This document shows positions 1-15,400 of a stretch of DNA of 64,000 nt, piece by piece. Source of the stretch: a virus. The stretch is from IMG/VR virus record IMGVR_UViG_3300008262_000025, positions 1-64,000 of that record, one strand, 5' to 3'. The notes below the pieces were generated by a model. That model was given only the letters and a program-made list of their open reading frames with translations, was not told where the DNA came from and ran no database searches. The translations under genes were made by a program, and so were the position numbers. Position 1 is the first letter of the stretch, and the number at the start of each line of letters is the position of its first letter.

Positions 1-2
1 AA

Positions 3-3000
3 GAGGCTGATGATAAAACAGATTATGATTTTAAATATAGAGGTAATGGTCAACAACATAATAAGAACTTAGAGTTTTTAAATTCATTAGCAGATGAAGG
101 TACTGAAGAAGATGCTGATTTACAAACTGCAAAAACTGAGTTAGAAAAAGAATTAACTAAAAAAAGAGATGATTTAAAATCACAAATAAAATCAGAAACA
201 TTTAATCCTACTCCTTATGTAGAAGTAGATAAAGGTGATGGAAGTGGAAAACCAAAAATGATGCTTCTTGTACCTCAAGAAGAATTAGAAAATGCATTTA
301 AAGATTATGTAAAATCACAAATACCTTATTTAAAAGATGTAATTATTAAAGATATAAAACAAGGTATTATATCTTTTGATTTAATTTTTGAAAATGGATT
401 TACATTTGATAGAGGTGAATTTCCACTTGTAAAAGGTTCACTGGGTGGTATGATAGTTACTGATGCTAACTTATCAGAATATAAAGTAGCAATAGATTGG
501 ATTATTTCAGAAGAATATAAAGCAGAACTTGCAAAATTAGAACAAGAATCAAAAAAATCAGGTAAGTTAACTCAAACTCCAGTAGAATTTGGAGAAGAAA
601 TGTCCCCAACTGAAGGTATATGGTATAAATCTAAACCTGCATCTAATCATAATTCAATAGTTGAGTTTTATGATAACAATGAATTTTCAATAATTTTAGA
701 TGAAAAAGTTATTGGTAGAATTTTAAATATGGACCCAGGTATACTGATGTTCCCTATTATAAATGATGAAACAGGAGAAAGAATAGATAACCAAAATCCA
801 AGTGAAATTATAAGAAAAATGGTCAAGAACAAGTTAAAACTAAATCTATTGAAGAACAAAAAGCTGAGATAGAAAGAAGAAAAAAACTATCTGGATGGAT
901 TGCATCTTATGAATTAGCAAAAATTGCAAAAGAAGAAGGTGTTGATTTATCTAAATTATCTAGAGAAGAATATGCAGAATATGCTATTAAAAACTATTTA
1001 AAAATAGATGATACTCAACTTAGAACTAATCCAAAACATAGAAATGCTACAACTGTACAAGAAGTTGGAGATATTATAAAAGCAGATAGAGCTTCTTTAA
1101 CAGAAGAAACTAAAAAAGCATTTGATTCATTTTATAGAGCAATGATGGCTATTGTTAATAAGCCTCAAGCAGAAAGATATTTAGCTCAAAGTGTAAGATT
1201 ATATTCAGGTACTAAAGATTCTGATTCTTGGTTATATTTTGGCATAAATAATGGAACAAATACTAATGAAAATTTTACACATAAAAGTTATTTTTCATTA
1301 AAAGATCTTAATGATTTTTCTCCAGAAATGTTTAAAGACTTTATGATTGAACTTCAAAAAAGAGGTTATAATGGTGATGTTAAAATATTTCAAGATTTAG
1401 AAGTTCAAGGTCCATCATTAAGTGATCAAGTTGTAATGCATGGATATTCAGAAGCAGATGCTAAACTAGCATTAGAAGTAGCTAAAGAATTTTATGGAGA
1501 TAAAATATTAGAATCATCGTATGGTAAAGATGAAATTATAAATGGTAAAAGTAAATCTTATAGTCAAATACTTTCTGATAAAATTAAAAATGAAATTGAT
1601 TCTAAAAATGTTGATGAAGAATTAGCTGCATTAGAATCTCAATCTGAAGTAGATCAAGAATATCAAGACTTTATTAATGGTATTATTACTGGTGAACGTA
1701 TTAAATCAATAGGTGAAAAACTTGCTACTAATAGAACTAACGAATTAACTGATTTTGAAAATCAGATATTAAAAGATGAAAAAGGAAAACAATTAATAGA
1801 TGAATATTTAGCAAAAAGAAAACAAGCTGAAGATAAAAAAGAAAAGAAAAGTGAATATACCGCAAAAGAGTTTATACAAAAATATTTAAATTATGAATTT
1901 AAAGATGATAGTGGTAAAACATATAAATTAGAATTCTTAGATAAGTATTTAGATTTTCTTAAATTAGCAGATGCTAATAATACTATCATTAGAGTAATTA
2001 ACGATAAAAATCAACAAGGTAAAATCTTTGCTCAAGGTAATGTTATTACTATTAATGTTTATCATTTTAATGATCAATCTCAAAAACTTATTATTGATGA
2101 TAAAATATTAAGTGAATTATTTGTACATGAAACTATACATACATTTATTGGATCAAGTTTAAAAACTAATAATGCATTCTTTAATGAGATGAAAGGTTTT
2201 GTTTTAAGTATGGGTAATTCTAATGACTTAACAGAAGCTCTTGATGGTATTGCTGATAATATTAAAGCTCAAATTAGACAAGTTAATAAATTAGAAGATA
2301 GTCCAGAAAAAGTAAAAAAACTTAATATTTTAAAACGTGCATTAGAATCTATAAACTATTCTAAAAACACTATTCTTGATAAACTAAAAGAATATGAAAA
2401 AGATAAAGTTAAAATTTCTCCTGAGGCTGCTCTTAAAAACGCAGAGGCTTTAGGTCTAGAAGAGTTTATTGTTTTAGCTTTATCTGAACCTGAGTTTGCA
2501 TTTTATTTGAATACAGTGCCATCTGATAAAGCTACAGAGGATGGTCCTAGTATGTCTATGTGGCAAGTACTTAAAAAGATATTATTTAAAATACTTGATG
2601 CTGTATTAAATAATAAAAGTAGATTAGCAGAATTAAATAATATGCTTGATAGACATTTAGCTAAAACAGCTAAAGGTTTAGATTTAATTAATATTCAAGA
2701 ATATTTTGATTTAGGATACATACTTGATAAAGGTATATATACAATTAATATTGGTACAGAGGTTAGAGATATTGTAATTCTTGATATGGAAGGTGATAAT
2801 ATTATATATACTTTTCCTAATGTATTAAGTGATCCAAGAATAAAATATACAATGTCTAAAGAAGAGTTTTATAATAGTGATCCTGTATTAAATGAAAACT
2901 TTAGATTTGAAGAATTTATAAATCAATTAAATAATTTAGAACTTACACCTGATAACTTTCAAAAAGAATTTCAAAGATTAAAAGATCAAGTATTATATGA

Positions 3001-6000
3001 TCATCTATCTATAGATACTAAATCTAAAATTGATGAAATACTTGATAGTATACAAGAGCAAATTGAAGCTGATATTAAAGATGATAGATTAGATAATTTT
3101 GCTGATCAAATTGAAAAGAAAAAGTTAATATCAGAAATAGAAGGTATATTAAATAACGCATCTACTGAATTTGGTATTGATAGTGATCAGTTTAAAACTT
3201 TAAGCAGAAAAGCTTTACTTAGAATTAAAGAAATATCTGATAATGTAAATGATATTCAAAATGATAATTTTATTAAACTTGCTAAGTTAACTGAGTTTAG
3301 TGATTCTTTTAAACATATCTTTACAGAATTAGAAAATATAAAAGAGGTTTTAAATAATAAAATAATTGAAACTATAAAAGATAAGTTATCAAAAGAAACT
3401 AATTTAAATATGTTACTTCGCATAAGAAATAATTATTTAAAAGGAGTAAATAAATTAAAAGATGCTTTTAATAACGAAGCTAATAGATTAAAAACACAAT
3501 TAAATGATGATGATTATGAACTTCAGTTAATTATTAATTCTACTAATTTAGATAATATTGAAGAGAGATTAGAAAGAGAATTTATATCTAGATTGTCTGA
3601 TGATGATATTAAAAATACATCTGGTGTAAGATATGCTCAAATTATTAAAGATGGTAAAGTTAATAGATACTTATATACAATAAAAGGAATTACTGAAAAT
3701 GGTTATTTATTAGAAGATGGTAATAATAAAATATTAGAATTTTCATTTGATGAAGTAATTGATTTATCTGAAAAATCAGCTTATTATCAAGGGTATTCTA
3801 ATAAAGAAGAAATTTTTGATGAAGATTATGCTAGATCTATCTTATTTGATTCAGTAAAAATAAATAGTAAAACTTATATTAATGATCTTCTTAATCATAC
3901 AATTTTAAAAAATTTAACTGTATTAAGATTTCCTGATAATCCATATGATATTGCTAAATCAATAGCATTAATATTAAATAATATACCTAATGATATAATT
4001 GACCTTAATAATAAAAAGAATGATGATATTAAAAAATTACTTAAAGAATTAATTATTAAAGCTGCTGAAAAAACTGAATCTGGAAATTATAAATTAAATT
4101 CAGATCAAGTAGAAAAATTAGTTAAAGAACTTTCAGATAAGTTAATAAGAGATCCTCGTTTTGATAGAGAACTAAAACCTATTAGTGGTTCAAAATTATT
4201 TAGTTCATTCCTTAATAGTTTAAGTGAAGAACAAAGACAAAAGACTAACTTAGGAGGTAACATTAGAATTTCTGTTAATGTTTCAACTAGAGCTAATAAG
4301 CTTAAGGATAAAATGAAAAGTACATCTAAAGATAACATAGATGAAAAACTTAGACTAGGTTTAATTAAAGCTAATACTACTAAAAAAGAAGCATTTGAAA
4401 ATAATGAAGAAGTAATTGGTATTCATATGTGGGAGGACATCTCAGTTGATTATGAAATTAATGTAGCTAGAGAAGGTGCAAAACCAAACTGGGTTAGAAT
4501 AGGTAGTGCTAGAAATCCTTATGCTTATAAAGCAATTAAAAGAGGTATAGGTGGACTTAATTCAACTGAAGTAGTTAGGAGTCCAGCTCATATATATTTA
4601 GAATATAGTAAAGAAACTAATCAAGATGAAAAGAATAAACTTGTTGATGAGTTTAATAATTTATATTCTGTAAACAATCAACCTGTAGATAATGCTACAT
4701 TTGAAGCAATTGGTAAATCATGGTTAAAACAAAAGAAATTATATGATGCGTTAAGTAAAAAGTTTAAAGAACAAGGTGATAAAGGTTTTACTATTGAAGG
4801 TGAAGAGTTAAGTAACATAATGTCATTCTCATTTACTGGTGGTAATTTTGATTTTGTTAAAAGACCTGATTCAAGAAAAACATTAAATCAAATAGCTAAA
4901 GAAGATAATAATAATGTAGAGTTATTTAAAATAGAAACTGAAGATGGTGTAAGAGAATTTGCTGTTGTTGATTTAGGTGATACTAAAAAATCAGAAAAAA
5001 GTAGAAGAGATATTTATAATACTGTAGATGGTAAATCTATAGAAGGCGTTAGCCGTTATGACTATTTAGATATTAATCAAAAACAAAATTATGGTAGATA
5101 TTGGTTAGTAATGAAAGATGTTACTGGTCAACTTAGATTCTTATGGTTAAAACCTAGAAAAGCTAAAACTACTGATTTAAATAAATTTACTGATTCTATT
5201 AATAAAAGAGTTAATGAGTATAATGAAGGTAAAATAAACAAGAGTCAATTAGAAAACTTTGTTAGAGATGAATACAGAAAAAGTATTTATTTAGCATTAC
5301 CTGCTTTACCAGAACTTAATTCCATTAATACATTCTTAAATATTGAATTTAATAAAGATGGTAAAACTTTAAAAAAAGATAAAAATGGAGCATATGTATT
5401 TAATTTAAAAATAGATCCTCAAACTCCTAACTTAAGTCCAACTCCAAAAATGTTTGTTAATAATTTAAATTTAACAGATGGTTCATCATTTATAAGTAGT
5501 TTATTTACAAATAGTAAAATAGCGTTAAAGAATATTAATACTAATTTTATGGCTATTACTGAAGATAATATACGAATATCATTTGATCAATTTGAAGATA
5601 TGGATAAATCAAAGATTCAAGATTTTATAATGGATATATTTGAGATACCTGTTAATTCTAATATTTATAGTACTAATAGATTATTAACTAATATTTCTGA
5701 TGATATTACTTTAGAACAAGAACAAGAAGAAGAATTAGAATTTGAACAAGAGGAAGAAGATGATTTATTATCTAATTTAACTGAACAGGAAAAAGAACTC
5801 TATTATAATTTAATGCAAATTGATCCTTATGCAGCTAATATAATTAATGCAACTAAAGAAGATAATTTTATAACTAATGCTGGTAATATAACACCAGATA
5901 ACGTTAGTAAAAAATTAGGAATAAGTAAAGATCAAGCTAAAAGAAGTTTACAATTATTAGTAGATTCTGGATACTTAATTAAGAGTGGTAAGTATTACAA

Positions 6001-6376
6001 GTTAAATGAAAACTTTGGAATAGAAGAAGAATTTGAAGCTAAAGAAGATATAATTCCTGAAGAAGATTTAAGTTTAAACGAAATTAGAGAAAAACTTTTA
6101 AATTTAGAATCTGATAAATTTTTAGGTAGATCAGTTAGAGGTAAAATTAATGAACAAGAATATAAAGATTTAACTAGTAAACTTGCTAGTAATACTCAAG
6201 ATTCTGATTTACGTAATCAAGTTGTAGACTTATTACTTCAATATTATCAAGAAGGTAAGTATACAGAAATAATTGATAAATTATTAGATGATACTAAATT
6301 AGGTAAACTAACTAAAACTATAGAAGAGGATCCAGATTTAATACGTAAGAAATTAAAAGGTTGTCCTAAAGGTTAA
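3..6376 (+). CDS. Giant virion/ejection polyvalent protein, 5'-truncated by the window and split by a -1 frameshift at about 806-872 (joins ORFs 258..872 and 1142..6376)
   Basis: The frame of ORF 258 is open from position 3. The frame of ORF 1142 is open from 806 and reads NGQEQVKTKSIEEQKAEIERR...FYRAMM into the 1744-aa ORF. Zincin HETIH at 2126-2140 with downstream EEF; wHTH-like segment near 5880-6005; single Cys in the C-terminal GCPKG. Confidence 0.8.
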
Positions 6377-6381
6377 TAAAT

Positions 6382-6413
6382 AAAAAAGGGTAGATTTTTA
6401 GTCTACCCTTTTT
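6382..6413. terminator. Bidirectional intrinsic terminator between convergent giant genes
   Basis: Hairpin aaaaagggtagat...gtctacccttttt with A/T tracts on both sides, between stops at 6376 (+) and 6434 (-). Confidence 0.85.
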
Positions 6414-6433
6414 CTTTTTATAAAACCTAACTA

Positions 6434-9400
6434 TTAAAACGTTCTATTTAAATTCTTTGTCATTTCATCTAAGTTAGTTGCACTAGTAATATTACCAAAT
6501 AGTTTTAAACCTTTAGCATATAATTTGCTATCACCTTTTTTAAATATACCTTGCTCTTTTTCATATACTGCAAAAGGATCAGCAACTTGTGATAGAAAAC
6601 TATAAGCTCTATCTACAGTACCATTAAATGCAGTTGGACTTTTAAAAAGCTTCCAGTTATCACCAAAGAAACTAGGTACAGGAGCTAATGAACCAATTTC
6701 TTTTCTAAGTCTAGTAAGTTCATATAAAGCTAAAGCTCTAAATGCTGATACATCTTCATCATCTTCATCATCACCTATAGCTAATACAGCAACTAATAAT
6801 CCTAATAATAAATAAATACCTAATTCCATAGTTGCTCTTCTAACGTTAGCTTCTTCAAATGGTTGTAAACCTGTATCTTGTTTAGTACCACGGAAACTAT
6901 TCATAAACATTGTACTTAATTTTTTCCAATCAGTAAATAAGTAACTAAAAAATGTTATATAATAACCTTGTCTAATAACACCTACTTCTTCATTTCTATA
7001 AAGTTTACCCCATCTTCTTCTAGCCATAGGTACTAAGAACTTTCTATACATCATAAGTAATCTACCAAATACATTTCTTTGTATGTGAGTTTTATCAAAT
7101 GTAGCATAGTTACCTTGAAGATCTTTATTAATACCATGAAGTTTAGCTCTAATCTGCATATTCTTTTTACTTCTTAAAAAAGGAACACCATCTATATCTT
7201 TTATACCTTTTGCTATAACTTTACCATCAGCATCAAGTTCCATAGATGTTAATAAAGTATCTTTAATTTTATTAAATTCTACTTTTGCTTTTTTCTTTTC
7301 ATCATAAGTAAGTTCAGATCCTTTATCATTAGTTTTCTTTTGCATGTAATCTTCTATGCTATATACTTCACCATTAATAACTTTATAACTATTAAGTAAA
7401 GCATACATTGATGTAGCAGCAGCTTCAATTTCACCTATGTTATTATTAATAAACCAAGTACTTGATCTTAATGCTAAATTAAGTTTTGATGCAGTTAAAT
7501 CATTACCATATTCATCTTGGAATGTACCTTGTAAAGCATCATACATATCAAACAATTGACCTGATAAAGTTTCTCTTGATATCTTACCAAAATCTTTTAC
7601 CATATCCATAGTAAGTGATCCTATCTTATTACTACCATAATATACTAATTTTTTAGCATAACCCCAATCTTTAAGATTATAATGATCAGCGGCCCAACCT
7701 TCTAAGAATATTTGTGTATTAGCTTGTAAGTAGTTAGCAAAACCTTTAATCCAACCAGTAGATGTAATACCACCTATTTGAGCATACGATGCTGCAGTCA
7801 TAAGACCATCTAATAACTTATCTACTCTTACAGGCCCTACTACAGGAATGTTATAATTGATTTCATTATTCTGATCATCAAAGAATTGCATTTCAGTAAA
7901 TGATCTAAGTAATGCACCTTCATAAGTTTCACCTTCTTTGCGTACAAACTTTTCTATACCTAGTTTTTTAGCAACAGCATCGATCATTTTATTACCTTGT
8001 GCATCTCTTTCTATAGCACCACCTTCAGTTGATTTATCTCTTTTATTAATTAAATTTAAGATAGCTCTCATTTGAGGTAATATTTCACTCTTAGCTTTAA
8101 ATCTTTCTGCTTGTTGTATATAAGATAATATAGAGCTTACAACGTCTCTACTGACATTTTCTATATCAATGTGATATACATGTCTAAACGGAAGAGATCT
8201 ATTCTCTAATGATGTACTATAAGTTGCAGTACCTTCAATTAGTTGATCTTCATCTAAATCTATATCTTCACCAGATGTAGATAAATGTCTCATTATATTA
8301 TCATTTTCTATTTCTCTAGTAGCTTTATTTCCAAATTTAGTTTGCCACCAAGATCCAACTCTTTGTTTAAATTTACCTTCTATTAATTCTTCTCTACCAC
8401 TCTTATAAATATACGGTAATCTGTTACCTAATCTGTAAGCAGCAGGCATTTCTGCTTGTGCTTCTTTGTACTTTTTCATAATAACATTATAAAACTCTTT
8501 CCATTTAGGATCAAGTTGTTCATATTTAGAGTTTACCCATAAATGTTTTTTAGGTAACATATATCCTAATTGATCTGTGACTTTATCAAGATCAGTTCTA
8601 ATATATTCTTCTTTTATCTCTGGTGATTTATATAAATAATTAGGAAGTAATTTTACACCTTCAGTTAAAGTTTCATCAATTAATAAATATCCTGATTCTT
8701 TTTTTATTTCTTTATCTTCTTTGTGATTTTTTAAAAACCATTCTGTTTTTTCTAATTCAGCATTAAGAGCTTTATCGTTATAATTAGGATAGATTTGTTT
8801 AATCTTTTCTAATTCATTTTTTCTATCTATTTTGTAACGTTCAGAAATTTTATTAGTTTTATAAGTAGGTACTGTAGTCATCCATGCTCTAATAGGACTA
8901 TAAATAATTTCACCTTCTTTAGTATATTCAACATGATTATTTATATACCATTCAGATTCTTCAAAAAGTATACCATTACTTTCAGCCTTAGCTTGTTCTA
9001 ATTCATATCTTTTATAATATTCTGAATTAGGAACATATTCAACTATTTGATCAATAGCTTCATCAATACCATTTTTTATTTGAAAGAATAAATTCCAAGA
9101 TGGATCTTCTTGTCTTTGTTCACGTGTTACTTTATTAAGTAAGAATAGTTCATTTAATTCTTCTTCTAATTCTTTTAATCGAGCAATTACATCATTAGGT
9201 ATAACTTTAGTATCAACGTGAGTACCACCAAGTCTATATGGTTTTAATAAATCATTTATTTCTTCATTAATTTCATACTCATCATTTTTAGTATTATTTA
9301 ATTCATATTCTTCAAACCATGAATCTATTTTATTAGTAAATGTTTTAAAATTAATTACCTCATCACTTAATAACTTAATTTCATCCATTAAATCATAATC

Positions 9401-12400
9401 ATCATTATTCTTTGCATACTTAAGAACTTTTTTAAGTTTTCTTAAATATTTAACTTTATCAAATAATGAGTCATCTATTTTAACTTCAGTATTTTCTTCT
9501 AACCATAATAAATATTTATCTGGTTCTGTTTCAAATTTAAGTTTAGCTCTTCTTCTTTCATCTTCAAATCTTTCATAATTAACAACAAAACGATGTCTCT
9601 TATTATATTCTGTATTAAATTCTTGAATTCTAATTGCAATTTTTAAATCGTCACCTTCTTTTTTAATACCATCTTTATCATATATAGAACCTAATAATTT
9701 ATATTCAATATCTAATTCTCTTAAAGCTGCTAAGTCATCATCACTAAGTTCAATAGATCTATGCTTAACTCTATCTTTAATATTATCCATCATACTAATA
9801 ATTTCATCACGTCTCTTCTTAGCTTCTATACCAATTTCATCTTTAGTAAATAAATCATCCATTTTATAATAATCATCAATATTAGGACGTTCCATATTTT
9901 TATTTACCCAAGCTTTGTATTCTTTGTCAACTTTTCTAAATTCATCAAACTTTCCAGCTTCTTTAAGTTTTCTCATTCTATATTGATAATGCTTAATGAT
10001 ATTAGTATAAGTCATTTCGTCTTCAACAGTTTTTCCATCATCATTTACATAAGTAAATTTCTTTCTACCATATTCACTTACAAGATTTACTGTTTCAGCT
10101 AATATTAATTTACCTGTAACTGGATCTCTTACCCATTCTTTTACAGTTTCAAGTATAGGATCATAAAACTTTTGAGGGTTATCACCTTGATTAGGTAAAA
10201 AGTTAAACGCACTTTGATCAAATACAGCAGATGATAATTTCTTTGCTGCTTGTTGTATTTCAAGTGCAATATCTTTCATATTCCATTCTGCTTCAGTAAG
10301 ATGGAATTTTAACATCATAGCATAAGAAGATAATATACCACTACTAGTACTAATAGGAGCAGTAAGAAATCTTTCAATAAAACCAATATCTCTATTAAGT
10401 TGTTTAAAATCTCTAACTAATGTACCAGCATCTCTAACTAATGTATCTTTAAACCTCTCCATGTTCTTTTTATACCTATCTTTGTAATACTTTAATTGAG
10501 TTTTAAATTTATCATTACTAGGATTTTCTTTAATCTTTTTTTCTAAGTCTTTTATTTTCTGCTCATATTGAATTTGCTTACCTTTAATAAAATCATCTAC
10601 AGATTTATTTAAATTTTCATTTAAATACATCTCAAGATTATTACCAAGTAATCTTTCCATTTCATATTGATAACGTACATCAAGAAGTTTTTTCTTAATT
10701 TCTATAGCTGTCTCTAACTCTTTAAATGAATCCATTTTCTTAATTTCATTTAAATCTTTATCAGATGTTCCTTCTAATAAAGCATTCATTATTTCATCAA
10801 GAATATTATAATTCTCAGCTATTCTTCTTATATCTTCTATATCTCTAATAGCTTCACTAGATCCTATGTCTCCTTGATTATAACTATTAATAACTAATTC
10901 AAACTTATCATTAAGCCCTAACATATTTTCAGTACCATATAATTCAAGATAAGATGCATGTATAAAAGTATTTAAACTTCGTATTTTATCTAAATCTGAT
11001 ATGTCAGTTTTAAGTTTATTAATTTCAGTTTTTTGTTTATCTTGTTTTTTAGGATCTTTGTCTATAGATCTATTAATATCAGTTAATCTTTTTTCTAAAT
11101 AAATTTTAATATCATCAATTAATTTATTTATTCTTTGTTGTTTATTATCTAATAAAAGATCTACGTTAGCAAAATCTTCTTTTTCTTTTTTAACTTTTTC
11201 ATCACCAAACTTTGGATTATACTTAGATCTCATTCTTTCAAATGCTATTCTTTTAGCTTTATTATATACAAGAGCACCTTGATTACCAAATGGAGTATTA
11301 TAAAATGTTTTAATATTAATGCTGTAAGTCTTTTTAATTTTACCGTTTTCATCTAATGATGCTTCTATAGTTATTTTACCAGATGGTTGTTCATTTATTT
11401 TATAATCATTTACTTCTGATATTTCAAAGTGACCATCAATATATACTTCATTAACAATCTCACCTTTATCATTTTCATAACTATTTAAACCTACTTCAGG
11501 TACAGTAATAGGAATTAAGAATAAATCTTTAACTTCAAATCCTAATTCTTCTTCAAGTATTCTTTGATATAACATTAACTGTAAAGAATAACCTGCTTGT
11601 TTTTTTGAATTTAAACCAAATGTAAAATCTCTAACTATTTCATAATAAGGAGCTGCAGGTTTAGGTTCATAATGCATAGTTTTAAAGTCATAAATTTCTA
11701 CTTTACCTCTATATTCAGGGTCTACTGATTCATCATCTTCATAAATAACTAACATGTCTATTTGACCTGCTACGCTTACTTGTCTACTACCATCATTTAT
11801 ATCTAACATTTTATCAGTATGAACAAGTACTTCAGTAAGTATTCTACCTCCTCTTTCTTCAATCTGATTTTTCATTGAAACTATCTTATTATAAAAGTCT
11901 AAACTAGCATATAATCTATCAAGTTTCTTTTGATCTTCAGATAAAACAATAGCATCTTGTTTTTTTACTTTAGGTCTATCATTAAATCTAGGTAATAAAT
12001 TATCTTTACCAATTTTAGTTTCTAAATTGTTAATATCTTTTTCTAATTTTTTAATATCATTATTAACATCTATTGGATCTTTCTTTAATATCTTTTCAAT
12101 AAGTGAATGTACTTCAGTTCCTACTTCTCTTCTTACTTCTGAATTATATAAAACTTTAGTTAACTTATAAAATAATTCTTTATCAAAAGGTTCTTCTTGA
12201 ACAAGATTACCAAAAGCATCTTGAAAAGTAAAATTATCTGTTTCATTTTCTTCTCTATAAAAATTAAATCTATTATTTAATACAGCTGTAATAAAATCTT
12301 TTTTAGCAAGTTCAGTTAATGAATCAAACCAATCTTTACTTCTTTTATTACTTTGTATAATATATTTTATTAAATTCTCATCATCAAAATCTAAAAGATT

Positions 12401-15400
12401 ATGTTGTCTAACTATACCAGTAATTGAATGATCAAAATTTAAACCATTCTCTTTAATGTAATCATGTTTTCTTTGTGTAAGTTCAGCATGAATTGTTTTA
12501 CCATCAGGAGAACTATCAAACTTTACTTTAGATGCTCTATTCAATACTTTCTTTTCCATCTCTCCTGCTTCTTTTGTAACCTTACCAAACTTAATAACAT
12601 TTTCATTATTAAAATCTGTTGCTGTACTTAATATATCAAGAGATCTCTTATCAGCATTAGCAAGTGCTTGAGATACAATAGGATCTAAAAATAATAATAG
12701 ATTTTTATTCTTTACATTTTGAATTTGATTTAAATGTTCAAATGCAATATTTTCATAATCTATAGAATCTAATTTAGTTTTACTTTTTATAAATTTATAG
12801 TTATCAATAATATCTTTATTACCATAATTCTCCATCATAGTACCTAGCATATTATTGTTTCTAAGCAACCCTGAAGCTAATGTAATTAAAGGTACTACTT
12901 TAGTATCACCTGTAATCATAGATGGATTGTAGCTTAAAATACCGTTATTTAAAGACCATTCTTTATTAAGATTATAATCTTTTTTAAATTGAACTTTACT
13001 TTTAGATGATATATCATTCATAACATTTAAAGCAAATTCAATAGGTGAGTTATTTAACTTAATAGGTTTATTTATTAAAGGTATTTTTACTACATCAGGA
13101 TTAAGTACATGTGTTTCTGTATCAGACATAACTACATCATAACCAGCAGCTTTAGCTTTAGATATCTCAACAGGATTGACTTTATCAACCTTTTTAACTT
13201 TATTAGTTGCAATAAAGAATGGTTCAGTATTACCAGATACTTCATCTTTAAATACTAATGATTCCCTTGGTAGTTCATCTTCTTCATCATCAATAAAATC
13301 TCTAACTTTTTGAATGCTAAAATTATCTTCAGTTTTTAATAATTCTTTAAGATCAGTTTTAGTAACTTCAGGTAGATTTGATTCATTTACTCTCTTAGTT
13401 AAATCTTCTACAGATTCTGTTTGAGTAAGTTTACCTTTCTTAACATCTTCTGCTAATATAGCTTTAACTAAATTTAAATTATTAACTATACCGTTATTTG
13501 CAAATTCTAATATTCCTGTTTTAAGTAAGTCAAATAAATTATTAATTACTTCAGGATCTTCATCATAGTTTTGTAAATTAGTTAATAGAACTTTAGAATC
13601 TTCAAGATTTTCTATTGTACGTTCCACATTTGAAATATAATCATAAGCTTGTTCTAATATTTGAATTTTATCATAACCATCATTATAAGTATCTTTAATA
13701 ATTTTAATATTTTCTTCTGCTTCTTTTAATGTTATTTTATCATTATTTATTTCTTTATCTATATGAGTATTTAATTCTTCTATAGATATATTTTCAAAAT
13801 CATTTAAATAATATAAAGATTGATCTACTAATCCACTAATACCATTATCAAATTCATTAGGTGTTAATTTACCAAACTTAATAGTACTTAAATCTCTTTC
13901 AGGTGTAATTTCTACTTCATTCCATGTATTACCATGCTCATCTGTAATTACTACAGGATTATATCCTTGTTTTTTAAGGATATTAGTTACAGTATTCTCA
14001 TAGAAATTTATAGTACCTTGTATTTGTTTTTCTGTATTATCATAATGAGATTTATCTTTTTTTAATCTATATAAATCTTGTTGTCTTGCTTTATCAAAAG
14101 TTTCATCATTCTCAATTGCATCGTTAGGATAAAATGATTCAAGTACTCTCTGATAATCAACATAACCTTCTTGATCATTACCAATATATTGAGCTTGACC
14201 ACTAACGTCTTTTATAAAATCTGTTACTTTTAAATCAATTAAAAACTTTTCAACTTTATTAAACTCATTCATTTTATAGAAAATTTCTTTAAATTGCTCT
14301 ATAACAATTATAGTTTCACCAGTAGGAAATAAAACTTTTTTATATCCTTTCTTAGCACTATCTTGAAGTATAGATTTTAAAAAGAATGTAACCCAATTAT
14401 TGTTTTTGTTTAATAATTGAAGAAAGTTATTTTGAGAATCTTTCTTATAGTTATATAAAGTATCTTTTGGTATGATTACTAAAAAGTCATCATCCCAATC
14501 AGGTTGTTGATAATAATTAGTATCATCTTCATATAAAACACCATGATTGTGTTCAAAAGGTCTATCTTTAACGTAAGTTATATATTCTAATGCTAAACTT
14601 TCATCAAATAAAGGATCATCTATTTTAACAGTTTCTTTATAATCATTTAAATCTATTACAAATTTTCCATTAGAATTTATCTTATTGTTTGTAACAATAA
14701 TTTCTTTATCTTTAACTTTTTGAAAAAAAGACTGAAGTTCTAAAATACGACGAACTTGTTTATTAGAATCTTTATCATCATTACGAAACCAACCAATCAT
14801 GTCACCTCTTGATCTATTAAATTCATTATCATGATATTCTCCATCTTGAGAAATAACATTATTAATACTTGGTGTTCTAAATGTATTAATTTTATAATCA
14901 ATTCCACCAGGTGCTGTTAAATTAGAATAATCCTTTGTAATTTGTTGTTCATTATTTTCTTCAAATATATTTCTAGCATTAGTAAACTCTTGAGAATTAA
15001 TTGGTATAAGTTTACCAGTATTATTTTGCCAATCTTCAAATGATATTTTATAAAAGCCTTTATTAAAACTTATATTATGTATATACATGTAATCATTTAA
15101 TTTAAATGTAACATTACCAGATTTTATTGGCGATGCTGTACTACTAGTATTAACCTCTACAGTATACGTATATCTATTAACTAACTCCATTGCAATATTT
15201 TCTTGCAATGATAATTCATCAACATAATTATTAAACTCTAAATCTAATATTAACTTTTTCTGTTCTTTAGGAATCTGTAACTCAGTTAATATTTTATCTA
15301 AAGTCCAATTATTCTTTTCACCTTTTTTAAATACTTCATTAGCTTTATCTGATAACAATATATCAGTAGCTTTTAAAGAGTAAGCTACTTCAGGTGTATT

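Noticed and set aside
10409-10445. 16-nt direct repeat (TLVRD twice) in giant-3
   Set aside because: A single in-frame 21-nt micro-duplication with no sign of function.
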